64,000 nt of DNA, taken from Haplodiscus bocki. Taxonomy: Eukaryota. The DNA lies in NCBI GenBank assembly GCA_965655095.1, contig OZ296652.1:372001-436000 (forward strand). The letters are read 5' to 3'. Positions 54,793-64,000 of this stretch are shown one piece after another. Below the pieces are notes generated by a model. It did no database searches. It had not been told where the DNA came from and saw only the letters and a program-made list of their open reading frames with translations. Position 1 is the first letter of the stretch, and every line of letters begins with the position of its first letter. The position numbers and the translations under genes are program-made.

Positions 54793-55781
54793 TTGATTGT
54801 TCCTGGTTGTTGGGAATTCGCAGCTTATAGCTGCAGGGCTCAGTACCTGTCGTCATTTTAAATTAACGTCCACTTGTTGCGGCACGTGGGGCAGTCGCAG
54901 GAGAGCTGCCAAGTGCACAAGTTTGATTCCGAGTATTTTTCATCAAATTTCCACATTAATTTTAGAAGTCTGTTCTTCAGTCCTTGCGGGTTCATGAAGT
55001 CGATATATTCGTCCAAACGATTGACGAGTCTGCAATTTCTGAAGACGAACTCGCTTCTCCCTTTCTCTGTTCGTGTCTTCCAAAGTTTGAAGCTTTCACT
55101 TCTTCCTTTTATTTCGGATCTCTCGGGCAGGCTGATGCTGCTTCCCATTTCTTCGTTTGTGATTTTCGATAAGAGCAGCATATCGTTCAACTGTAGAAAC
55201 ATTGGTAGCGGCAGGATGTTAAGGATTTTCAGTTGGCTTAGATAACTCATTGTCTTATTCCCGCTTATCCACTTCACTACCTTCTTCTGGAAATTTTCTA
55301 ATAAGTGGAGATCTGCTCTTGATGCAAAAACACATGCGAAACCGTACAACAGCACTGGCAAGATGAGAGACTTGTACAGTCCTAGTTTTACACGTGTCTG
55401 TACTTTCACTGAAACGTTTCTGCGGAGAAGGTATAGCACTTTATTGGCTTTCCTCAGTCGCTCTTCGATCTGCATTTTCCAGGTTAGATCATCCGAGACA
55501 TGCATGCCGAGATCTTTCACAGTCTTTGAGTCATCTAATTTTTGATCCAAGATGTTGAAACTTCGGTTACTGCCTCTAAAGGTGATCGCCGTACACTTGT
55601 CCATGGCAAGTTCCATTCTGTTCTTTTTGACCCATTCTTCGAACCTATACAGATCATCCTGTATTTCCCAGTATGATTTCCTAATTGAGAGTACTTTCAA
55701 GTCGTCCGCAAAAATGAATGGTTCGGAAAAGGTTAGAACTTCCGGTAGATCGTTTATAAATATGCATAACAGCAAAGGGCC
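54793..55781 (-). mobile_element. 5'-truncated non-LTR retrotransposon (CR1/L2-group LINE), 3' part of ORF2 plus short 3' UTR
   Basis: Uninterrupted frame 55781-54858: GPLLLCIFINDLP, FADD, KDLG, KANKVL, YKSLILPVLLYG, LENFQKK and terminal CTWQLSCDCPTCR. Homology begins abruptly just after the PQG motif. 3' UTR hairpin at 54820-54834 and a CAA-rich tail. Confidence 0.93.
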
Positions 55782-55805
55782 ATGATGAAACGCCAAAAAA
55801 CGCAA
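54858..55805 (-). CDS. Reverse transcriptase C-terminal fragment (315-aa ORF) of the truncated LINE; the first ~8 residues come from flanking DNA
   Basis: ORF track; FADD catalytic motif and downstream thumb region are present; RT N-terminal subdomains and the endonuclease are missing. Confidence 0.8.
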   Translation of the reverse strand: MRFLAFHHGPLLLCIFINDLPEVLTFSEPFIFADDLKVLSIRKSYWEIQDDLYRFEEWVKKNRMELAMDKCTAITFRGSNRSFNILDQKLDDSKTVKDLGMHVSDDLTWKMQIEERLRKANKVLYLLRRNVSVKVQTRVKLGLYKSLILPVLLYGFACVFASRADLHLLENFQKKVVKWISGNKTMSYLSQLKILNILPLPMFLQLNDMLLLSKITNEEMGSSISLPERSEIKGRSESFKLWKTRTEKGRSEFVFRNCRLVNRLDEYIDFMNPQGLKNRLLKLMWKFDEKYSESNLCTWQLSCDCPTCRNKWTLI

Positions 55806-56512
55806 AATAGTATTGGAACTCCTAAAAGTTGAAACTAACTTTTCTCCAGTGGCAGACTGTGCAATTCTTTCATCCAGGTCTCGATCGCAGTTCTTCTGCT
55901 TTCACAAGGGTTCCCCACGGAAAAAATCTTCTGTGTCAGAATCCTGTTAAACCGGTAATGCGCAAAAAAACAATCAAAAGTTTTAAAAACCTCTCTTTTC
56001 ATTTAATTTATTTCTCCATAACTACTCGCTCGACTTCTTCCGTCAAGGTTTCAATTGAAAACTTTCAACTAGCGATAAATCATTCAAAAAAATGTCGAAT
56101 TCGATCTTCGCCTCAGAATCCTAAATGTACGCCAAATCCGAGAAAATGCTATCCGTTCTGATTCACGTCGATGTTCAAACGGATGTTCTCGGTAACAACA
56201 GGTTTTTAGTTCGTCCATCGATATCTCGATCTGAAATTTTCCACTTGAAGTGGCGGTCTCGGTTGAAAGCTTATTTACTTCGAACCTTTCATCAGTATCT
56301 TGATAAGCCGAATTCTTCAAAGTGTTGTTTGAATACTGGTTTAGCTCCATTTTTAAAGTCATCTTTCTAGGTGACTATACGCTTGATTTTCTCCTATTGG
56401 GCTCCTAAGCGACCTTTCTACAAAAGTAAACGTTGACTAGAGTGAGGTGTAACCAACTCTGTTACTTCAGCCCAATTATTAAGATCAGCTTTCTAAAAAG
56501 TTTCGGGTTGTG

Positions 56513-57290
56513 ATGACAAAGTAGTCTACTTCATCCTCCAAGTGTTGCAGCTGCAAGAGGTTTTTTAAAGACGGGGATAAGTCTGGCATTGCGTCTGACA
56601 ACTGCTCTCTCTGGTACCATGGATCTTTGTCAAGCCTATCTGAAGAGGATGTCTTTTTAATGGCACGAAACAAAGGATGTCTCTGGCTTTACCAATCTTA
56701 CCTCAACGACGACGTCTTCAATTCAGAACCTAAGTACAAACCTATAGTTGATATCAAATTTGGGGAAAATTATATGAATCCTATTCAGAATTCATTCGCT
56801 GAAAATAAATCTGCCCTCAAGCCAACCCCAGAACCTGTCAAAATACACGATAACGAAAACAATATATCTCGTGAGGTAATCATAAATGCTCTTGTTGAGG
56901 AAAAAGGAACGTTTATTTCATCTTTTGAAGCTGACAATTATAAAATACAAAATGGATTTAACGATATGGATGAAACAACTCTTAAGATTGATTTTATCCG
57001 CAGATTGGGTAAGAACAAAGGTGATATGTCAAGACTAAGAGCGCTTCTTGTCCGTTTTACTTCGGAATGGGATGCTAGGAAATGTCTCTCCGAATCTTAA
57101 AAGCTGAAAAACTATCTTGAACTAGTCTTCATATCACAACCACTTGATAAAGATGATCAAACAGCCGATCGAATGCTTTTGCAGACACGGTATGAAATGA
57201 TCAATACAGATGGAGTACCACGGGAAGAAATCAAAATTAAAAATCTCAAGTTGTTTAGAAATGGAACTGAAGTTACATTCCAGAAGTTAC
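56513..57290 (+). pseudogene. LINE ORF1 pseudogene with degenerate PHD finger and RRM/CTD-like region
   Basis: The frame from ATG 56513 reads KCCSCKRFFKDGDKSGIASDNCSLWYHGSLSSL...GCLWLYQSYL (C-x2-C...CDxC..W.H..C...W.C..C with several Cys lost), then RRLGKNKGDMSRLRALLVRF and VFISQPL. In-frame stops at ~56522 and 57098. Confidence 0.8.
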
Positions 57291-60128
57291 TGCTGATAAA
57301 ATTTTGCCTCTTAAAAGTTCAAAGTGTACTCAGTCTCCGAGAACGATTCAAACTAATCAACTTTTCAAGTCTCCATTCGCCTGATTCAGTTTTTATCACT
57401 GAAATTTGGCAATACCCAGAGACCGCGGACTCTGAAGTGTTCCACTGAATTTTTTTTACTCAATTGCAGCAAAACGAGATCGCTCTGGCGGTGAAAACGA
57501 TGGTTTCTTCACTGCAGCTAAAAACGATATCAGATTCAACTACTCTTATCTGACTCTGAAAATTGATAAGAATCTGAAAGTTGGCCAAAACATCGGTTTT
57601 GCTCTCGCTGGTTCCATTGTCTCTATCCAGAGTTCTCAATGGTTTCTATTGATTTAGAACCCACCATCAACATCATCTTATCGGATTGCAGCGAACTTTT
57701 TAACTGATTTGATTTCCTCGTGTAATGCTAAAGTTGATAAGATTGTTCCCAACTCTTTCTCCATTTTAGGGGACCTCAATGTGCATGTTTTTGTTGGCCA
57801 ACAATTACTCGTCATAGTGATTATTCCAAAAGTTTTTCACTACAAACTCAGCAAATTACTCTCAATTCCCATTTTTTCGAAACTCCTTACAACTCTGGTT
57901 GTTTTTAGGATACAATTTTTACTTCCAAATCCGTGCTACTCATTGTTTAAGTGGATTCTCATCTCTATTTCAATCAATACCCTATTTTTACTTTGTTAAA
58001 CATTCCTATCTCCTACTCAGATTCACCCACCAAGATAACAAATAAATACTCCTCGTCGCCTTTTTGTAGTACCATATGTGTACGGGATTCAACATGCTGA
58101 TGGCAATACCAAAATGCAGTTTCAGTGAAAATTGCTCCGAAGAATATTTCTTAATGTAGCAACATACAGTGATGGACGCTCTCAACATGCCTGGCAAAAT
58201 CAAAACTACTCACCGATTACAGTTTCCATATTTCTATTCTTCCCATTCAATTCACTTGATCAATAAACTTCGTACAGCTAAAGTATTTAACTACAGAAAC
58301 AGTGCCATTAAAAGGTTAGGACAAGAAGTTTGTTTGTCTGTTGAAGCAGATCAAAAGTCCCTTTTTAAAATCTGTTCCCTCACATCACTGTTCCTGTTTC
58401 AAGTTTTTACGCCCTTTTTTGTCAAATGACTTGCCAAATCAAATGAACTGGTAAAATCTAAAAGAAAACACCAGAAACAAAATTGCTGATCTCTTTAATA
58501 ACTTTTTCAGTTCTGTCCTTCGAAAAAATGTAGATACAACTTGCAACCATTGGAGCGCCCTACAATCCATTTAGGCGATTTCATCATCAAAATCTCTGGA
58601 AGTCTCTGATTTACTCTCAAAAACTAAAACCAGCTCATTGAGCTCTGACACAATTCCTACCTTTGTGCTCAATTCATGCCTTGATATCCTCACTCCACTG
58701 ACCACTCAACTTATTGCTGTGGTAATTAAGGCAAGCAAACGGCCGAAGCTCTGGAAATGCTCAATAATAACGCCAATTTATAAGTCAGGGAACCTCAAAA
58801 TTGTAGGAAGTTGTCAATTTATTGGCATTTCACCCCAGTTTTTACTTACACTTCAGAAAATGCTCGTCCGACACGTGTATCTTGGGGTTTGAAAATGAAT
58901 CTGTGACCAGCAACATGTCTTCTTAAAGAAGCGCTCTCCGATAACACAACTTTTGCCCTGTTTAAGTGACTTTTACAACCACAAAGATATTAATGCTTCT
59001 ACCTATGCTGTTTACTTGCATTTTCGAAACGCTTTTGACCTAGTTCAGCTCCGTATCAAATCTTGCTCCAGAAACTAGAGAAAATTGGCTTTGATGAAGA
59101 TCTTTTAACATCTTCCAAATCTTATCTGTACTCAAAATCTCAACGAGTAACATTCAATGGCTTTCTCTCAGAAACGGTGAAAAGTAATAGCGGAATACCT
59201 CAAGGTATCGTCTTCGGGCCACTTCTTTTCATTATTTTCTTTTTTGATCTTCAGGACAAAGATGACAACCCTTCATGCTCTTCATTTGCACACAACAGTA
59301 AATTACTGTCTCTTTTGACAAAGCCTGATTTAAAATTGGATACTGATCTCTTGATTGAGTGGGCCGACGAAAATAGAAAGGAATAATAAACTCAAAAGTG
59401 CAAGTCAGCTTTATCAGATCCCGTTGTTCGAAAAATTGATGTTATTTCCACAGTCAACTCAATCAAAGACCTTGGAATTATCATATCAAATAATATTACA
59501 TGGGACAATCATATTCAAAAGAAATGGATTGAGGCTAGGAAATCTTACCAATTCTTGAAACGCACAGTTCGTTACAGTGTTAGTCTCTTCTTAATACTTA
59601 TTTACTGTTGTCTCTGTGTTCAAATATGTATTCAAATGTACGGATCCCAAGTATGGCACCCTTCTATTAATTACAGACGGAAGTTGGAATTCTTGAAAAG
59701 ACACTGCCTTTTTTGTGTTACTGGGTTACAAATTTTTCACATCAACTGGCAGCATCAAATGCACTACCCACTTCCTATTTTTTGGTTCTATACGACATGG
59801 TTGTCCTCACCATAACCAAAAAAAAACATTAGATTTACATCTTAGCACCTATAACTGTTTCAGCAAACCTAGCAAGGATCTCAGAAGTTCAAAACACCAA
59901 CAATTTTTGCCAGTCAAAAGATGTCGCAAAGTCTCCACGAGAGAATCCTTCTTTCGAAGAGTCTGTGGCTACTCCAACTTCCTCGCTGTAAGAAACATTG
60001 ACGCTTTTGACTCACCTGAAAAGTTCACGCATGTACTAATGACCTACCACGCAATCAAGTCCCAATATTCAATTTAGATTGAACCTGCACCTGGTTTATA
60101 AAATGACTCTAGCGTCTGTCGCTCCTAG
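57291..60128 (+). pseudogene. LINE ORF2 pseudogene (apurinic-like endonuclease + reverse transcriptase)
   Basis: APE motifs: ITEIW ~57395, RDR ~57475, NPP ~57660, ILGDLN ~57763. RT motifs: SDTIP..LN, WKCSIITPIYKSG, QQH.F..RS..TQL, VYLHFRNAFD ~59010-59039, SGIPQGIVFGPLLF ~59190-59230, FAHNSK (mutated FADDxK) ~59286, KDLGI ~59465, YGSQVW ~59640, terminal TCTWFIK..CRS*. Confidence 0.9.
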
Positions 60129-60208
60129 ATTTAATAACATTAGTTTGTAAAAGCCAACATTACAACTGCTTGCAAGTAACTTTGTATTTAAAAGTAAAGT
60201 AAGTCTTT

Positions 60209-60233
60209 TAGTAGTAGTAATAGTAGTAGTAGT
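60209..60233 (+). repeat. (TAG)n microsatellite, probable LINE 3' tail
   Basis: TAGTAGTAGTAATAGTAGTAGTAGT lies ~80 bp after the ORF2 stop. Confidence 0.85.
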
Positions 60234-61469
60234 TACATTTATGAGAATCCTGATAGTCCGAAAATTCCAGAAAGAGCTTTTCTTATAGACGTTTTTTGAC
60301 ATTCGAGCTCATGTTTGTCCATATATACGGGTTCGCTTCTGTGTACCAAAACCTCAAGCAAAAACTGTTCACTTGGAGAACAAGACATGATTGGAAGATG
60401 TTTTGCTTTGATCAGTGCATCAGAAATTTAACGGTCCAAAATTTGCAAAAGGTGCTGTCGATTTTGATTCATCTTGAGATAAAAACACGTATTTCGCCGG
60501 TTTTTACAGTCTCTAATCCTTCCATCAAAATCTCAATCCAAAGTTCACTTTTTTACAGGAGCACGTTCTTCGGAAACCATTTTTTTCTGTTCCGTGGATC
60601 GGAATTTCGATAGTCCAAGGATTTCAAGAAACGCCAATAATTTTGATTTATCGCGATCTTCAAACTCAAGTTTCTCACGGGATACAGGTTTAATTCCTTG
60701 CCTCAGGGCCTTTACTGGAAGAACCACATTCATAGAGGAGAATTAGGTTGAAAATTATTCTATTTCCTGGTTTAGTTGGCAGCACTGATAGTCTGTCTGA
60801 TAAAACCAAAAAGTGCTAACAGTACTGACTTTTCTCGACGTCTTTTTCTCGATATTATTAGTCCTAATTCCTTCCGTCAAGATCTCAATAAGGAGCTTAT
60901 GACCTGCGAAAGTGTTTTTGCTTGACGAACTATCCATTTGATTCTTTGCGTCGGATTCGTTGTAGCCTAAATAGTCCCAAAACTCTTGATCTCTTGATTT
61001 TGACTTACCTCGACACTCAAAATCAAAATTGTCCGTTACTAAAAACTAGAAATCTTTCCTAAAGCATCGAAATCCTAATCAACAATCATTCAATTGAATT
61101 CAAAAAACGTCGGATTCAAAAAATGATTGATTTTAATCTCCTTGCGTTGGAATTTTGCTAGTTCGAGGATGCCTAAAGATTGCTGTTAATTCGGACTTTT
61201 TCCCCATATCCCATCTTACAAATCTCTCCGAATGTTGACGTTATTTCTTGCTTCAAACTTTTCTTTGCACTCTTGGAATTAAATGGTTGATATGTTTTCT
61301 GCATTAGAATCCTGAGAGTCTAAGAAAGCCTAAATGCTGCTATATCTGATCAATTCTAATGTTCAGGCTCAACGTTCTTCATAAATACAGGCTCGACTTC
61401 TTCCACGAAGGTTTCAATTGAAAAGACTTTACTTTGTAGGCAACCTTGGCCTGGAAACACAGAGTTCAT

Positions 61470-61640
61470 TTTTCTTCTGCATTGTTTTTTTCATGGACCA
61501 TAAAGGCGAAAATTGTTTGTAACATGGACCGCTCTTGACTCTTCATTCTCTTCCATCTCGACTGCTTTTTCTGCATTGCATTTTTGATGGACCAGAAATG
61601 CCAGAAGTGTTTGTGATATAGACTCTTCTCGACTTTAGAA
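61470..61640 (+). repeat. Diverged ~95-bp tandem dimer
   Basis: CTGCATTG..TTTT.ATGGACCA.AAA.GC..AA.TGTTTGT at 61477 and 61571; a third partial copy near 61751. Confidence 0.65.
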
Positions 61641-62499
61641 CTCATGTTTCTCCATTAGTTTTTTTTCTTTCAAGGTCGCAATCTGAAACTTCCTATTTGT
61701 CTTGGAGAATTCCGTTGAAAATATTTCATTTTATTCCGTGAAGTTGAAACTTGATGGATCAAAAATGCGAAAAATTGTCAAAAATTCCGACATGCCTGGC
61801 TAATCAAACTCATTTTACTTCTCTGCTCTACCTGCTTCGTTTCTCCGTCACGGAGTTATTCGATAGAGTTTTTAAAGAACTGTACTTTTTGTTTCTAAAT
61901 AACGTAAACGTTGTTGCTCATTCCATTGAAATTAGGATCCTGATATGCCATAAGTAGTGGCGCCAAAAGTCCTGTTAGTACTGACTTAGAAAAACAACAA
62001 TTTTGAATTCATCTGTCAAGGTCTGAAAGAAAAGTGTAGTACTTTTAAATGTTTTTTTAATTGTGAAGGACCTACTTTGTTCATTGGGTTGCAAAATTGA
62101 TGGAACAAAATCACAAAAAGATCCGTTTTGTATACAATAATCGTCGATGTTCAATTTGAAAATTCTATAAAATTACCGGTTCAATTGTATTGAAAGAAGC
62201 TGCGTTTAAATTCTTTTGTCAAAATTCGGTTTCTTCTTGAAACTGACTTGGTGTATGTTCCTTGCGCCCCGTTGGCAGAAAACATAGCAGTGAGACAGAA
62301 CCTCTTGTTTCTATCGTTCTCGAATTTCAAAGCCCAATGAACTCTAGCTTTCCTTCAACTTTTGTGGGCATTATATTGACATGGTCAATGGAATTTCAAT
62401 ATTGACTTTAGTGGTAGCTATTTGCAGTTACAGAGCAATTTCTGATAATTCAGCTTCTGCCTGACTGTTTTGAGGAGAAAGAGATACCGAAGTTTCTGA

Positions 62500-63700
62500 A
62501 GGTTTGCCTTCAATTACTGGTTGTCTCGTCCACGAGATGGTCCGAGAAATTAAAGTTGATTAATAGAACAAGAACTAAACAAAACCCGATTGAAGTGAGC
62601 GCACTATGAGACCCATTTACGGAGAAACCTGAGCAAACCACAAAGCCCGGTAAAAGAGTCCTCATGGCCTATCAACTGGTTTCACTTACATTGGCTTTGC
62701 GGACAAGAGATGATCAAGTCAAAACCCAACATTTAGGAAAATTGCATAACCTGTGTTTGGAGAAGATCACCCAGAACTTAACACGAGCGGTCACTGACTG
62801 TGTTACACAGTAAATCAAAGCCCGAAATTGTTGAAAAGGTGCTACGGTATGGCCCTAGAAACCCCGTACAAGCGAACTTCACTGATCGACTTTTCTTTGC
62901 TGACAGCGATATCCGTTTGTCTGATTGCATGTCGCAGAAAGCAGAAGCGAAAATGATCAATCAGATTCATTCTTTGACAGTAGGGCAAACCAACCAAATA
63001 TGTGAAAGGAGTCAAAACAACGAACGTTCCAAAGTCAAAACTGACTCAAATTCAACGGTGTTTAAGCAATTCCTTACAATAAGGGTATAGGATTTTGTCA
63101 GATGATCATGAAAACGTGTTTTGCTAAATGCATCGAATAGCTATCTATACCCAATGCAAGAAAAAAAGAAATTCTTCTACTTTAAAGGGGGAACTACTGA
63201 AATATGGAGGAAAACTTTCACAAACGCAGAAATCGTTTATCGTCTCTGAAGAACTTTACAAGCTAAAACCACTAGGTTCCCAACTGGCTGAACTTTATGG
63301 ACTTCCTAAAGTCTACGGAAAGAAGACCCGGCTAAGGCCAATTGTGGCAATGCCAGGATCGGCATCTCATGCTTTAGCGGCATTATTGGGGAACTGTCTT
63401 CAAAATTTCCTAAGGCTAACAAAATCATCAATGTTAATAAGGTTCAGGGATGGCTGAACGACCTGAATCTTGATGATGATGATGATCATGATGATGAAAA
63501 CCTCGTCAGTCTGGACGTTGTTAGCCTGTTTACCAACGTGCCCGTGGCAAACGCGAAAGCAATGGTTACAGAAAAACTGTAGTATGGTGACGGTGTGTAA
63601 ACACCTTCAATACAACAGAGCACCTTCAAAACAACACTGGAGATGGTGTTCTCTTCAATCTTCAAGCAAACCTTCATCCGAAGCAATGGTCATTCAAAAC
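62500..63700 (+). mobile_element. Penelope-like retroelement (PLE) RT fragment, decayed and 3'-truncated
   Basis: EKVLRYGPRNP (PLE N-terminal VLxxG motif), LYGLPKVYGKKTRLRPIVAMPGSASHALA (63293-63380; cf. YGLPKxHK..PLRPIVS..GS) and LVSLDVVSLFTNVP (63502-63543; cf. SFDVxSLFTNVP). The downstream G..MGS and YVDD motifs and the GIY-YIG domain are not seen. Confidence 0.88.
63471..63497 (+). repeat. (GAT)n microsatellite inside the PLE RT
   Basis: TGATGATGATGATGATCATGATGATGA; reads DDDDDHDDE in the RT frame. Confidence 0.9.
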
Positions 63701-64000
63701 GAAAAACACTTTCGGTGGCATTCACAGGCTCAACAAATTGAACTTCCTGATTCCTTGTAACTGACATGTAACCAAACTAAAAGTTGGGAAAAGATTTCTT
63801 TTAAAAAATTACCAAGAGCCTATATCAAAATTCTACCGCAGAAAACATCCGGAAAAATACTGAAAAACCATATCTCTAGAAAGTTAGGCGAAAACTCGAT
63901 TGAAAAAAGTACACTTTTTGCTAAAACGTTCTTCTGAAAACATCGAAGAGATAGCTCAGTAGTGGTTTTTGAAGTGCTTGAAAGTGAAAAAGACACCACA

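Larger units (their letters stand above)
56400..60233 (+). mobile_element. Old, near full-length CR1-like LINE (PHD-ORF1 + APE-RT ORF2 + (TAG)n tail); 5' end approximate
   Basis: Ordered ORF1, endonuclease, RT and tail remnants, with many stops and frameshifts (see sub-features). Confidence 0.9.

Noticed and set aside
54874-55785. Plus-strand ORFs overlapping the LINE RT
   Set aside because: Antisense shadows of the minus-strand RT frame.
63470-63760. Poly-Met ORF MMMMMIMMMK
   Set aside because: Off-frame reading of the (GAT)n repeat within the Penelope RT.

Overview
AT-rich, gene-poor eukaryotic (probably invertebrate animal) DNA with no intact host gene. Positions 1-50094 are a head-to-tail macrosatellite of ~2.7 kb units: 18 full units in the register 952-50094, plus a partial unit running off the left edge. 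Hand translation across frameshifts shows that about half of each unit is the polymerisation domain and C-terminus of a decayed family-B DNA polymerase of the protein-primed type (pPolB; Polinton/Maverick/adintovirus-like). It retains a motif-A remnant FFINAKNLH, DFPMAPTKE, (W)LRKYIELN, motif B KIMINSTFGKNME, KFKNEMGGK..KLYS, SAKG and RY...G..P.GHY, while catalytic motif C (YxDTDS) is deleted. The main lesions recur in the copies, so a dead viral/transposon gene fragment was amplified after it decayed. The array has a 3-unit (~8.2 kb) higher-order structure, mosaic variant sharing, a 46-bp hairpin duplication and a 23-bp deletion subfamily. The remaining ~14 kb is a retroelement graveyard: a young 5'-truncated CR1/L2-group LINE (minus), an old near-full-length CR1-like LINE (plus; PHD-ORF1, APE, RT, (TAG)n tail), a Penelope-like RT fragment, short diverged repeats and a possible MFS-transporter relic. 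All family assignments rest on motif recognition by eye, not on database searches.
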